From Akkermansiaceae bacterium (GTDB lineage Bacteria; Verrucomicrobiota; Verrucomicrobiia; Verrucomicrobiales; Akkermansiaceae): 64,000 nucleotides of DNA. A model generated the notes under the pieces. That model was not told the DNA's origin, did no database searches, and saw only the letters and a list, made by a program, of their open reading frames with translations. Each line of letters begins with the position of its first letter. Position 1 is the first letter of the stretch. The DNA lies in contig JANXMQ010000247.1 of the NCBI GenBank assembly GCA_025354565.1, positions 5,880 to 69,879 on the forward strand. The letters run 5' to 3'. The position numbers and the translations under genes were made by a program. Shown here piece after piece: positions 15,852-26,753 of this stretch.

Positions 15852-18800
15852 TCAAAAAAATGTTACTTCCAGGCGGGCGAATTTCGCGACATCCGGCGCT
15901 TGGGTTAGGGTCAAGGTTACGGTGTCGGTGCCATCGAGGTTGTCGGTAACTGTCACACCTGCAGTGGAAGTGGCGGTGGTGGTGCTAACCGTATAAACGG
16001 ACGGCCAACTGACGAGGGTGGTGCTGACATCGATTTTCACCGTGGTGTCAGCGGCTGTGTTCTGTTTGCGCTGGAAGGTGAAAATAAAGTTACCGCCGCT
16101 GGTGGAGACAGCGGGAAGTTTTCCGAGATCGTTGGTAGAGGACAAACCTCCTAGCACATATTCGATACCATTGGAAACCCCATCCTTGTCGTAGTCGTCA
16201 CTGGCGGTGCCAGTTGGCGCGTTGGCGGAGGCCCAGGTGGAATATCCACCCGCAGGGGCCAGGGTCAGAATGCCGGTGGTTTCGTCGAAGGTATAGATCT
16301 TCGCTCCGTTCGCTTTCGTCCATTTGTTGCCACCGGCATCGACGAAGCCGGAAACACTGAATGCGGCATCGTAAGCACCGGTGAGAGTCGAGACGTTCTC
16401 CAAAGTCCAGGTGCCTGAACTGAGGGAATCTGCGGCGCTGGTGTCGATAACGAAGCTGCCCTTGAGGGTGGCGGTGCCGCTGCCGGTTAGGCTATTGTTG
16501 ACGCCAGATGTGGCCCCGAGAACAAACTTGAGTTGGCCGGTGGTGGCCAGTTCGAGCGTGCCTGCATTGACGATGGTGTTGCCGCTGTAGGTATTTACGC
16601 CGCTAAGTGTTAGCGTGCCAGCACCCTTCTTGGTAAGATTGCCGAAACCGGAAATGATATTCCCATAAGTCCGGGTCCCAACAAGATTATACACAAGATC
16701 CGCATTGTTGGTGATGCCGCCGGAGCTTGCGATCGAGCCATCCGTCGTGCCGTCGCCGATCTGCAGTGTCCCGAAGTCGATCTCGGTCACGCCCGTGTAG
16801 GTATTCACTGCGGTAATTGTCATGGTCCCGAAGCCCGTTTTGGTGAGACCGCCCGAGCCGCCTTCACTTAAATTCCGGTCGATCAGCGGAGCGGAAACCG
16901 TCAGATCGGTGGCGGAGGACGAGGTGGCATCCGTCACGTTGAAGAAGGTGTTCGTGTTGAGGTGGATACCGTTAAACGTGCCGTTCGTGGTGATTGTGGA
17001 TGCGGCAGAACCGCCGGCCGTCACCACCGCGCTTGAATCGAAGCTGTAGGTTTGATAGCCGGTGATCGCACCGCTGACGGAAGTGAGCGTGCCGCCGTTC
17101 AAGGTAACAGAACCCAAGCGGTTGAAGACAACCCCGCCGTTGGTCACGGTGCCGCCGGCATTGATCACAATCGTGGTGGACAAGGACGAAACAGCGCTGC
17201 CCATGGTATCGCCGGAGTTGAACTGGAGCGTGGCTCCGTTGTTCACCGTGACCGTGTGCGCTACTTGGTTGTTACCAAGCGCGCTGGTGACGGCGTTGAG
17301 TATGTTGTTAGACCGATTGACAACAAGTGTTCCATTGTTAACTGTCGTATTCCCGATATAATTACCGACACCCGTTAGAGTCAAGGTGCCGCTGCCGGTC
17401 TTGGTAAATCCCACGGTGCCGGAAGTGTTATTGACAGTGCCAGCGAAAGTGCTGGTCTGGTCGTTGTTTCCGGCCGTGAGGACATAGGACCCGGCTCCGG
17501 TGAGGTTGTCGATGACGGCATTGGCACTGCCAGTCAGGCCGTTGACCTGCGCGTTGTGGCCGTTGAGATCCAAGGTCGGAATGTTGGCGTTGGCGCTGGT
17601 TCCGAAGTTCAGGTTTCCTTTGCCGGTGCCATAAGGCAAGGCATTGTCGATACCCAGCTTCAAGGTTGGATTGGCGGCCACGTTAACATAGTAACCGGGT
17701 CCTGCCGTGCCGATGGTGGTGTTACCCGCATAATTGTTTACAGCAGTCAAGACGACCGAGCCTCCGTCCCAGTTGATTCCCAAACCGCCGACACCGGTAA
17801 TCAAACCATTGACGGTAATCGTTTTCGGAGCCCAGCCCGCTTGAAGATAACCGCCGGTGGCATCCAAGGATATCGTCCGGTTCGCGCTGATCGATGGGGT
17901 GGAATTGTTATTATACAATACTCCACCTTTCAGCGTGATGTTCACTGTCGGCGAGCCGGGAACAGCACCTAACTGGGTGTCATCGGTAATCTGGAGAATG
18001 CCTCCATTGACGGTGGATCCACCGGTGTAGAGGTTGGTGCCGGTCAATGTGGTAAACCCGGTGCCTGAGAAGGTCATGGCACCGCTGCTGTTCGCAGTCG
18101 GAGCCGTTCCGATGATGGTGGCCGCGGTGGTGGCACCGCCTCCGGTGACCGTGAATGTCGGAGGGGCGGTATAGCCCACGCCTGGATTGGTGATCGTGAT
18201 ACCGGTGACCACGCCTCCCGCCACCGTAGCAACTGCCGTCGCACCCACACCAGTGGTATCACCGGGATCATTCACGACCTTGACCAGCGGTGCCCCGATA
18301 TAGCCCGCTCCACCGGTGAAGGACGTGATACCGTTCACGCCATTGCCGGATCCGACCGTAGGTGCAACCAGCGCGGCGGCGATAGTGATATTCGTATTGC
18401 TGTTGTCGATTGTCCCCCCGCCGCCATAGACATAGACGCCGTCCACGTTGGCGGCAGGCATGAAGGCAACTCCCCGGCTCGCGGCGGTGGCCTTGAGTGT
18501 GCCGCCGTTGAAATTGAGAAGTGCGGTCGGATTCGCATTGCCTACCACGACTTCATTGACCGTCAGAGTGCCGTTAGTCAGCAGATTGACGATTCCGGAA
18601 GTGCCCGCTATGTTAGAAAATGACAAATTCAATCCTTTGCCGGCGGTTCCAGTGCTTGGGCCTGTGATGGTTGCCGCTCCGGCACCGCCACCCAGATTGA
18701 TCACCGATGAGGCACCGCTGGTGCCGGCCCAGTTGAGTGCAAGCGGGTTGGCTGTGGTGGCACCAAAGAGTACCGCGCCGCCGGTCACATTCATGGCACC

Positions 18801-21800
18801 GGAGGATGTCGCACCGCCGCGACCGATCACCAACCATCCTTTGTCCGTGACGGTGCCACCGCTGACATCCATGACACCGGTGGTGTCGTTCGCAAGACCT
18901 CCCACACCGATTTCATTGGCAGTCAGAGTGCCGCCGGAAATGTTGTAGTAACCATTGCCCGAAGCGGTTGATCCGATCCGCAGGTTGTCCGCGCTGGCCC
19001 CCTGGGTGAGCGTCACCGCACCGCCGGATTGATAGACTGCGCCGTCAACTCCATAGGTGTCCGCGATGAAGAGGTTAGCCCGGCTAATGGAAACACTTGG
19101 CAGAATGTTAAGGGTGCCGGTGCCGGAACCTTGGCCGACAATAAAGGTATTGTTGACCGTATTGGTGCCGAACGTTCCGTTCAAATTGAGCGTGCCACCG
19201 CCGCCCACAAACAGCCCGCCGGTCATGGCGGCTGTGCCGGTTAGATTGAGTGTGCCTCCGCCCGCCGTGGTGTTTCCGGTGTAGGCGTTTGCGCCGTTGA
19301 GCGTCAGGGTGCCGGTGCCGTATTTCGTGAGACCGAAACCGGTGCCGCTGACGACACCGCCAACGGTTAGAACGGCACTGCCGTTGGTGGTCACGATCTC
19401 GCTGGCAGCGAGCGTCACAGCTCCGGTGCCCAGATTTAAATCATTGCTACCGCCGAAGGTGAAGTTGCCGTTCCAATTCTGTGGATTGTTAGTAGAGAGT
19501 GTTTTTAACGATCCGCTGGTGTTGTTAATCGCGCCACCATTGATCACCAAGGTTCCGGTACCGATTGCGGAGGCGTTATTGATATGGAGCGTGCCCCCGT
19601 TGAGTGTGGTCGCGCCGGAATAACTGTTAGGATTATTGAGAACCAGGCTTCCCGCTCCGTTCTTGGTCAAGGTGCCGGTGTTGATGCCGTTGCTGCCGCC
19701 CAACGTATAGTTCAAAGCCGAGTTGTTGAAGAGAGTGCTGATCGGGCTAACAGTGCCATCGTTGATAGTAATGGTGGTGGTGCCGGTGGCCGTGTCATCG
19801 AAAAGCACCAGATCGTTGGCTAGGAAATCCGTGGCACCACCGCTAGTCAGCATTTTCCAGTTTTTCGATCCGCCAATGATACCGGTGCTCCACTCACCGC
19901 TGAACAATCCCGTCCAGACCGGGGAATCCCCTGCAATGACCAAGGCGACCGCCGTGCCGGTATTCGCAAGTGCCGCACTCTGGCGTCCGCCGAGCCCCGC
20001 AAGTGGACCCAAGGCGAATTTGGAGAATCCGGCACCACCAAGGGTGCCGCTATAGCTGATCAGATCGTAGCTCCCTGTCACCCAAAGGCCAGGATTGGTC
20101 ACGTTCAGAGTAACCATTCCTGCCGTATTGGTGGCCAAGCTGCTCGTTGCGATGGATTTATCCACCAACGTGCCATTTAATCCGAGATTCACCGTGGCCG
20201 CGCCATTGAAGGTGAGCGATCCGATGGCAAGCGAGCCGGAGCTACCGTTACCGACGGCAACCGTGTTGCCGACGGAGTTGCCTACATTCAGTGTGCTGAT
20301 CGTGCCGGTGCCGTCAACGGTGCCTTGCGTGAGGGTCACCGTCGGCGTGAGAGTCGTTGAAGAGATTTGAAGCAATTTCGCACCGCTGCCGTTCACCGTG
20401 ACGCCGCTACTGGCGTTGATGTCAACAAAGCCGTTGAGGCGCAGAGTACCGCTATTCACCGTAGTGGCTCCAGAGTAAGTGCTAGTTCCTGTCAGAGTCG
20501 TCGAGCCAGCACCGGAGAAGGTCACGCCGCCGCTGGTGTTGGCTGCGGTGGAAATCGCTCCGAGCGTCGCACCAGAGCCGCCGCCACCGGTGATGGACAC
20601 CGCGAGACCCGTGGTATTGGAGTAAGTGCCAAGATTGGTGAGCACGATTCCGGTGAGTTTTCCGGTGGTGGAATCGATGGTCGCATAGCCGGTGGCCGCG
20701 CTGCCTGCGCCGCCCGTGACGGTTCCGCCCGAGAAGGTGACTTGTGGCGGGGTGATGTATCCTGACCCTGCGACGGTGACTGGAACCGCACTCACACCGG
20801 TTCCGGTTGCCGCGAGGAAGGGCTGTGCGATTTCAATCACCTGGCCGTTGTTGTCGATCGATGCGTTTCCGCTATAAACATTCACGGATCCCAAACCTGA
20901 GAGGAACGACGCGTTTCCGGCGCTGCCGGCTTTGAGCGTGCCACCATTGAAGTTGATGCTAACATTGGTGGCGGTGCCGGTCAAAAATCCGAGGGTTTGC
21001 AACAGACCGCCGGACCCTAGGTTAAGTGACGTCACGTTGGCGCTGTTTCCGGTAAGCCCGTTGAAGTTCACTCCTTCGTTCAGTTTGACCCGGACAGTCG
21101 GAGAGACGAACTGGCCGATGCCTTTGATCGTAATCACGGCGGTCTGCGCGGCACCCGTGCTCTGCCAATTTGCGGAAAGGCCATTGAAAGCGTTATCCAC
21201 CACAGTCGATGGAATGGTGAACGTGCCACCGGTGATGTTAGTCACACTGGACGATCCGGCGGCACCACGGTTAGGAAGTAGATAATCACCGCCACCGACC
21301 GAACCACCGACCATGTCGAACTGGCCAAATGTTCCCGCACCCGCAGCGTTGCCAGCGGGATCGACTTCGCCGCCTACAGGCAGGGTGAGGGCTCCGCTTG
21401 AAAGTTTGTAATAGCCGAATGCGCCGGCAGTCTGGCCGATGCGAAGGCCGCCCCCACCAGTGGTGACGGTGCCTGCTTGATACATCGCAGCAGGTGTGCC
21501 GCTGATATTTCCAACCGCAAGACTGGATCCAGTGATACTGCCTGAGAGCAAACTATTTCCACCGGAAATGAATGTCGTACCTGTGTGGGTATTGGCACCG
21601 GTCAGGGACATGGTTCCCAAACCGGTCTTGGTGACATTGGACGCGCCCGTGATGGCTGCCGAGACAAGCAAGTCGGTAGCCGCCGTGCCGTCGGCGACAT
21701 TGAGTGTCGTGTTGTTATCACGAAGCGCAGCCCGGCCAGCGATGGTCGATGTGGCGTCGCTGGCAAGCACATTGACGGTGCTCGTTCCACCGAAGACCAA
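15852..21800 (-). CDS. Autotransporter-associated beta-strand-repeat (PATR) giant surface protein, distal 1982-aa part
   Basis: It contains dozens of G-x-G-T-L-T-L-(S/T)-G-x-N-T-Y-(S/T)-G-x-T-x-(V/I)-N-x-G-T-L repeats. It is in frame with ORF 21804..23534 and separated from it only by a TAG. The first codon in the track is TTG. Confidence 0.75.
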   Translation of the reverse strand: MVFGGTSTVNVLASDATSTIAGRAALRDNNTTLNVADGTAATDLLVSAAITGASNVTKTGLGTMSLTGANTHTGTTFISGGNSLLSGSITGSSLAVGNISGTPAAMYQAGTVTTGGGGLRIGQTAGAFGYYKLSSGALTLPVGGEVDPAGNAAGAGTFGQFDMVGGSVGGGDYLLPNRGAAGSSSVTNITGGTFTIPSTVVDNAFNGLSANWQSTGAAQTAVITIKGIGQFVSPTVRVKLNEGVNFNGLTGNSANVTSLNLGSGGLLQTLGFLTGTATNVSINFNGGTLKAGSAGNASFLSGLGSVNVYSGNASIDNNGQVIEIAQPFLAATGTGVSAVPVTVAGSGYITPPQVTFSGGTVTGGAGSAATGYATIDSTTGKLTGIVLTNLGTYSNTTGLAVSITGGGGSGATLGAISTAANTSGGVTFSGAGSTTLTGTSTYSGATTVNSGTLRLNGFVDINASSGVTVNGSGAKLLQISSTTLTPTVTLTQGTVDGTGTISTLNVGNSVGNTVAVGNGSSGSLAIGSLTFNGAATVNLGLNGTLVDKSIATSSLATNTAGMVTLNVTNPGLWVTGSYDLISYSGTLGGAGFSKFALGPLAGLGGRQSAALANTGTAVALVIAGDSPVWTGLFSGEWSTGIIGGSKNWKMLTSGGATDFLANDLVLFDDTATGTTTITINDGTVSPISTLFNNSALNYTLGGSNGINTGTLTKNGAGSLVLNNPNSYSGATTLNGGTLHINNASAIGTGTLVINGGAINNTSGSLKTLSTNNPQNWNGNFTFGGSNDLNLGTGAVTLAASEIVTTNGSAVLTVGGVVSGTGFGLTKYGTGTLTLNGANAYTGNTTAGGGTLNLTGTAAMTGGLFVGGGGTLNLNGTFGTNTVNNTFIVGQGSGTGTLNILPSVSISRANLFIADTYGVDGAVYQSGGAVTLTQGASADNLRIGSTASGNGYYNISGGTLTANEIGVGGLANDTTGVMDVSGGTVTDKGWLVIGRGGATSSGAMNVTGGAVLFGATTANPLALNWAGTSGASSVINLGGGAGAATITGPSTGTAGKGLNLSFSNIAGTSGIVNLLTNGTLTVNEVVVGNANPTALLNFNGGTLKATAASRGVAFMPAANVDGVYVYGGGGTIDNSNTNITIAAALVAPTVGSGNGVNGITSFTGGAGYIGAPLVKVVNDPGDTTGVGATAVATVAGGVVTGITITNPGVGYTAPPTFTVTGGGATTAATIIGTAPTANSSGAMTFSGTGFTTLTGTNLYTGGSTVNGGILQITDDTQLGAVPGSPTVNITLKGGVLYNNNSTPSISANRTISLDATGGYLQAGWAPKTITVNGLITGVGGLGINWDGGSVVLTAVNNYAGNTTIGTAGPGYYVNVAANPTLKLGIDNALPYGTGKGNLNFGTSANANIPTLDLNGHNAQVNGLTGSANAVIDNLTGAGSYVLTAGNNDQTSTFAGTVNNTSGTVGFTKTGSGTLTLTGVGNYIGNTTVNNGTLVVNRSNNILNAVTSALGNNQVAHTVTVNNGATLQFNSGDTMGSAVSSLSTTIVINAGGTVTNGGVVFNRLGSVTLNGGTLTSVSGAITGYQTYSFDSSAVVTAGGSAASTITTNGTFNGIHLNTNTFFNVTDATSSSATDLTVSAPLIDRNLSEGGSGGLTKTGFGTMTITAVNTYTGVTEIDFGTLQIGDGTTDGSIASSGGITNNADLVYNLVGTRTYGNIISGFGNLTKKGAGTLTLSGVNTYSGNTIVNAGTLELATTGQLKFVLGATSGVNNSLTGSGTATLKGSFVIDTSAADSLSSGTWTLENVSTLTGAYDAAFSVSGFVDAGGNKWTKANGAKIYTFDETTGILTLAPAGGYSTWASANAPTGTASDDYDKDGVSNGIEYVLGGLSSTNDLGKLPAVSTSGGNFIFTFQRKQNTAADTTVKIDVSTTLVSWPSVYTVSTTTATSTAGVTVTDNLDGTDTVTLTLTQAPDVAKFARLEVTFF

Positions 21801-21803
21801 AAC

Positions 21804-23429
21804 CTAGGTGGTGGAGTTGCTGCTGGTGCCGCTGTTGCTCTGAATGGTGCCGCCCTTCAGGTTGTAGGTGATGGCGTAGCCTTGATCGCCAACAACGATG
21901 CTGCTGAACAAGCCGCCATTGACGTTCATCACGTTGACATACTTGGTAGCCGTGTAACCAAGGGAGTTCGCAGTGCCGGCACCAATGACCGTCCCGGCGG
22001 CATTGATGGTCAGCGTACCACGAATCACCCCGATTCCATCGGTGTCGGCGGCGGTGTGTTCCAAACGCAGGGTTCCGCCATTGACGATAGTTCCACCGGT
22101 GTAGGTGTTTTGGTTTCTCAGATACACCAAACCGGGACCATCCTTGATGAGTTGGTTGAGAGTGACTCCATTGTCAGTGATTGTCGGCCAGATGGACCAG
22201 TCGATGGCATCGCTTTTTGGGACGTGAACGAACAATTCCCCTGAGGCCAATCCCGAAGTGATTTTCCCGGTTCCGGTGATGGTGCCAGCGCCGTTGTTGG
22301 TGAGCCACCTTTGCACTCCTCGCATCATGAGCCCGCCGCTGTTGATGGTCAGCGTCGCACCACTGGCGACGGAGAAATCATTCTGCATGTTGAGCGAGTT
22401 GATCGTCGTATTGGCGGCAATACTGGTAGTGTTGGTGGTCTTCCAGTTCTGGGCGGCCGGTCCGGTCCCAGTGGTCGCGACTCCTGTCACGCTGGTGTAG
22501 CCGGCATAGGTGATGATCGTGCCGCTGCCATTGTTGGCGACCCAGTCACCATTGGTGTTTCCGACGCCAGTATTGTTGATAGTCGCCCATCCGCCGAGAA
22601 TACCGCTGACATTCGCAGTCGAGGTGGTGGTAGTCCCGGTGGTGCCGAAATCCACCGTTCCGCCGACGGCTTGGGTGATGGCACCCAAGGCAAGTGTATC
22701 TCCCGCGACAGTGATGACTGCGGATGTCCCGGCGTTGACAGAGGTGCTGGCAAAGGTCTGCGTGGTGCTGCCAGTGCGGGTATAGCTCAAGCTGCCGCCG
22801 CCGAGCGCGAGGATAATGGTAGAGTTGATCGAACCGCTTGCCGTGCCACCGCCGAGGTTGAGCGTGCCAAGATTGATGGTGGTGGTGCCTGTAAAAGTGT
22901 TGGCACCAGTAAGCGTGAGTAAGCCAGAGCCTGTCTTGGTCAATCCAAAGGTGGAGCCGCCTATCGGATTATTCACCGTCATGCCGCCTGCGCCGATATT
23001 CCAGGTTTGGCTCGCACCCAAAGCGATGTTCACCGCTTGGTTCGCAACCGCCGAGCCGATGGTTACCGCACCCGCGCCGGTGGTCAGACCGGTTACGGCT
23101 CCACCGAGTGAGAGGGTTTGATTCGAGCCGCTGGTCGTATTGCTCAAGACCACGGCTGCCGTGTCGGTAATATTCAAGCTGCCGACCGCCGAGGCAGAGT
23201 CAACATTGATGGTCAGCGCACCTGCCGCGTTGGCCGGCCCGAGAATCGTCAAGGCATCAGCCGTGGTGGGAGCTTGATTGGGGGTCCAGTTGGTTGTCGT
23301 GTTCCACGTTCCGTTTGTCGCACCTCCCCAAGTCAGCGAGGCCGCCTGAGTGGACGGTGAAAAGCCCACCGCAGCAAAGGCGACGACGATGAGACCGAAA
23401 TTCTGAAGCGTGCGATTTTTGACTTTCAT
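21804..23429 (-). CDS. Autotransporter-associated beta-strand-repeat protein, N-terminal part with signal peptide (ends at an in-frame TAG)
   Basis: The signal peptide is MKVKNRTLQNFGLIVVAFAAVGFSPSTQAASLTWGG, with the start moved to ATG 23429. It has the same repeat type as the downstream ORF. Confidence 0.75.
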   Translation of the reverse strand: MKVKNRTLQNFGLIVVAFAAVGFSPSTQAASLTWGGATNGTWNTTTNWTPNQAPTTADALTILGPANAAGALTINVDSASAVGSLNITDTAAVVLSNTTSGSNQTLSLGGAVTGLTTGAGAVTIGSAVANQAVNIALGASQTWNIGAGGMTVNNPIGGSTFGLTKTGSGLLTLTGANTFTGTTTINLGTLNLGGGTASGSINSTIILALGGGSLSYTRTGSTTQTFASTSVNAGTSAVITVAGDTLALGAITQAVGGTVDFGTTGTTTTSTANVSGILGGWATINNTGVGNTNGDWVANNGSGTIITYAGYTSVTGVATTGTGPAAQNWKTTNTTSIAANTTINSLNMQNDFSVASGATLTINSGGLMMRGVQRWLTNNGAGTITGTGKITSGLASGELFVHVPKSDAIDWSIWPTITDNGVTLNQLIKDGPGLVYLRNQNTYTGGTIVNGGTLRLEHTAADTDGIGVIRGTLTINAAGTVIGAGTANSLGYTATKYVNVMNVNGGLFSSIVVGDQGYAITYNLKGGTIQSNSGTSSNSTT

Positions 23430-23670
23430 GGGTTCTGGAGCTATGGGTTGCGGCAAGGGTTGGAATAGGCCGAAAAACGGGTTTCCGAGGCCGCCATATT
23501 TTGAAACGCGAGATCCAGTTCCCAAAGCCGCCAAAAACTGAAAAAAATCCGCCGACTATTTTCTCCCGCGTCGGATGGCGGGGTAATGGCCATCTGGGAT
23601 GCGTTCGCCAAGCTTGGTTCCGTCGATACGGACCGACATGTAATTCATGAACGGCGATTCCCGCAGCAGA

Positions 23671-24234
23671 TCACATTTCATTGCGGATCATGTCAAAGAG
23701 ACAGGTCCTGGCAAACGCCCATTGACGCTCGATGGTGCGCTCCCCCACGCCTTCCATTTCGGCAACTTCCTTGTTGGTGAGGCCGCCAAAGAACTTCAGC
23801 GTGATGATCCGGGCGCTCACCGGGTCCTCCACTTCCAGCCGCTGGAGCATTTCGTCGATCAAAAGGATGCGGTCATCGGGCTGAGTATCCGCCAGTTCGA
23901 TGTCCTCAATGTCGATGCGCTGCTGATCCCGACCGCCGCGTTTTAGGCAGGATTTCCGCCTCGCATTTTCCACCAGAATCCGCCGCATTTCCAATGCCGC
24001 CACGTTGAAAAAATGGGAGCGATCATTCCAAGTGCGTCCGCCATTTCCAGAAACCCGGAGCCAAGCCTCATGCACAAGTGCTGTCGCCTGAAGGGTCTGG
24101 CCCTGAGCCTCCCCACTCATTCGCATGGACGCGAGACTTCGCAACTCGTCGTACACCAGCGGCAAAAGATCTTCCGAGGGCAGACGCCCGTCCGCGCCCA
24201 CAGCCTTCAGAATTCTCGTGACATCACCGTCCAT
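23671..24234 (-). CDS. ECF-type RNA polymerase sigma factor (Sigma70_ECF family, kinase-associated group)
   Basis: The sequence is DVTRILKAVGADGRLPSEDLLPLVYDELRSLASMRMSGEAQGQTLQATALVHEAWLRV...IITLKFFGGLTNKEVAEMEGVGERTIERQW. The start was set to MDGDVTR (24234). Confidence 0.8.
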   Translation of the reverse strand: MDGDVTRILKAVGADGRLPSEDLLPLVYDELRSLASMRMSGEAQGQTLQATALVHEAWLRVSGNGGRTWNDRSHFFNVAALEMRRILVENARRKSCLKRGGRDQQRIDIEDIELADTQPDDRILLIDEMLQRLEVEDPVSARIITLKFFGGLTNKEVAEMEGVGERTIERQWAFARTCLFDMIRNEM

Positions 24235-24305
24235 GACTTCGTGGATTCTAGTCCCTCCATCCGTGAATGCGAACGAAAACCGATGCCGGAAAAACGGTAG
24301 TTCTC

Positions 24306-26552
24306 CTAGCTGTCCGCATGCCCCTGGATCTGGCTCTGAGCTTCCCGATAAAGGATCCGGGCGAGCACCCAGTCCCACCAGTATCCTTGGCCATGCCCCA
24401 AGGGTTCATAGGATGGCGACAGTTCTGGCGTGAAGGCGGTATCAATCAGTTTTCCCGATGTTTTCAATTCAGCCAAGGCGCAGTCGGTGTGTCCCATGCG
24501 ATGCTGTGCCATGGCCAGAACCGGATGGATGACAGCGGCGATGTACGGGTTTGGATCCTTGAAATCCAGAGCTACTGTGCACCATGCAATCGACTCTTCG
24601 AAATTTTCCCTGCGGTATTCAAGAAGCGCAATTGACCACGCCTTCCAGATCACGGATTGGGTTTCCCAGCCTGGCTTGAGTTGCTTGTTTTCAAAACTAC
24701 TGCGCTTGAGCATTTCGCCCAAGGGTTCCAGACGTCGGAGATATTCTTTGTCCGCAGGTAGCAGCAGAGTGGACTGTATGACCTGCTGGGCGGCCAAGGT
24801 TTCCGAAGTGTTTCCGAAGTGAATCAGCGCCCACTCCCTGAATTTCTTGTAAAGTTCGAGGTTCCCATTTTCAACCAAAGCTGGGCCCGGCGAAACCAAG
24901 TCGTTGTTAGAGACGATTTTTTCCGCACTGGACGTGCGATTGGCCTGAGTGAGCAGGATGAAACATTCGGAGGCTTGGGACCAGCGTCCACGCATTGCAT
25001 TCCAACCACCCAGCGAGCGGAGGACATTTGCCGCCTCCAACGAGGGTTCGATCAATGACAGCGGAGTGTTCCGGAGTTGGGTGTCAGCCGCTTCAGTTTT
25101 ACCTTCGCTGATCATCACCGCGACTTGCGAGATATTTTCCCGCACCATCGCGTTCTGGCGCAGTTTCTCCTCGTTGACGCGAGCGGTTTCCGCGACCTGA
25201 CGAAGCCGTCCCTGCTCCATTCTGGCCCCGCGTTCCCGTAAATAGGAGACATAGGCCAAGCCAAGACCAAGAACCAGCGCTGCGGCAATCCCCGTCGTGG
25301 ATCCAACCACCAGACGATTGCGCCTCACGAATTTTTGAAACAAATAGAGCTGGCCCGGTGGCCGCGCCAAAACCGGTTCGCAGTTGAGATAACGGTTGAC
25401 ATCGGCGGCAAGTGAATCGGCCGTTCCGTAACGACGCTGGCGGTCCTTGGCCATGGCTTTCATGACGATCCGATCGAGATCCCCCCTCAGCATTCCAACA
25501 AGTTTCTGCGGTTCGCAACCGCGCTGGGCGGCGGTTTCCCTGAGTTCTGCGGGGTTGAGAGTCGAGACGGCGACAGACGGTTCGGGTGGCTCCACCTCCC
25601 GCAGGATGTGGCGGATTTCATCCACTCCGGCTTTTTGAAGCCTTTTGGGATCAATGGGCGGACGCCCCGCCAAAAGCTCATATAACAATGCGCCGAGACT
25701 GAAAATGTCGCTGCGAGTGTCCACATCCATCCCGTTTCCCGAAGCCTGTTCGGGACTCATGTAGGCGGGAGTGCCGACAAACTGGCCAGCGGCGGTGAAA
25801 GTCGCATTGGCATCGATTCCGGCGGCAGTGGCTTTGGCGATACCGAAGTCAATCACCTTGGGAACAGCCTCCCCGTCGTTTTCCCACACGATAATGTTAG
25901 ATGGCTTGATATCGCGGTGAATCACCCCCTTCTGGTGCGCATGCTGGATCGCCTGGCAAATCCGGATGAACAACGTTAAGCGCTGGGGAATTCCTAACAT
26001 TTTCACGTTGCAGTAGTGGGTGATTTTCTCGCCATCCACTAACTGCATCACGAAAAACGGTCGCCCCGTGCGCGTGGCACCGACATCGAAAACCCGCGCG
26101 ATGTTCGGGTGGTCCATCATCGCCAATGCCTGCCGTTCCATTTCGAAGCGGGCGATGACGTTTTCCGTATCCATCCCAAGGCGGATGATTTTCAGTGCCA
26201 CACGCCGCTTCACCGGCTCCTGCTGTTCGGCAAGATAAACCACGCCGCAGCCCCCTTCCCCCAGTCTCTCCACCAACCGGTAGCGGCCGATCTTCGCCCC
26301 TACCCCCTCCGTGACGTTCTCCACCTCTGGCAGATCGCTTGGGACAGATTCTTCGTGGGAGGTCACGGGAGCGGTTTCGATGTCGAAAAAGTCATCCGCC
26401 GCGCCTTGGAGCGATAGTAGTCGTTCGAGACGTGTCCGCAGCGCAGGATCGTCGCGACAGGTGTGCGTGAGAAATGCCTCCCTCTCTTCAAGCCCTTCCA
26501 GAGAGGTGAGCGAGTCGAATAAAATTTTCAGTAACCTTGCAGGTTCGCTCAT
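24306..26552 (-). CDS. Serine/threonine protein kinase with a TM segment and a C-terminal helical-repeat domain
   Basis: Hanks kinase motifs are present: GEGGCGVVYLA, VALKII, HRDIKPSNI, DFGIAK and GTPAYMSPEQ. The start was set to MSEPARLLK (26552). Confidence 0.9.
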   Translation of the reverse strand: MSEPARLLKILFDSLTSLEGLEEREAFLTHTCRDDPALRTRLERLLSLQGAADDFFDIETAPVTSHEESVPSDLPEVENVTEGVGAKIGRYRLVERLGEGGCGVVYLAEQQEPVKRRVALKIIRLGMDTENVIARFEMERQALAMMDHPNIARVFDVGATRTGRPFFVMQLVDGEKITHYCNVKMLGIPQRLTLFIRICQAIQHAHQKGVIHRDIKPSNIIVWENDGEAVPKVIDFGIAKATAAGIDANATFTAAGQFVGTPAYMSPEQASGNGMDVDTRSDIFSLGALLYELLAGRPPIDPKRLQKAGVDEIRHILREVEPPEPSVAVSTLNPAELRETAAQRGCEPQKLVGMLRGDLDRIVMKAMAKDRQRRYGTADSLAADVNRYLNCEPVLARPPGQLYLFQKFVRRNRLVVGSTTGIAAALVLGLGLAYVSYLRERGARMEQGRLRQVAETARVNEEKLRQNAMVRENISQVAVMISEGKTEAADTQLRNTPLSLIEPSLEAANVLRSLGGWNAMRGRWSQASECFILLTQANRTSSAEKIVSNNDLVSPGPALVENGNLELYKKFREWALIHFGNTSETLAAQQVIQSTLLLPADKEYLRRLEPLGEMLKRSSFENKQLKPGWETQSVIWKAWSIALLEYRRENFEESIAWCTVALDFKDPNPYIAAVIHPVLAMAQHRMGHTDCALAELKTSGKLIDTAFTPELSPSYEPLGHGQGYWWDWVLARILYREAQSQIQGHADS

Positions 26553-26753
26553 TGTGGGTCTTGAGTGCGTGAGAAAAGGTGAACGGACGAAAACAGGCTG
26601 CATTCACATTTCAAAGCGGACCCTATCATGGAGAGTGGTTTAGGCAAACTCCCATTCTGGGCCGCAGCTCGCGGAACTTGACCGGACCGTCGGGACAAAG
26701 GCAACTGATCGTAGTTTGGGATTTTCAATCCACGCGGATCAAGCGGTAGATTC

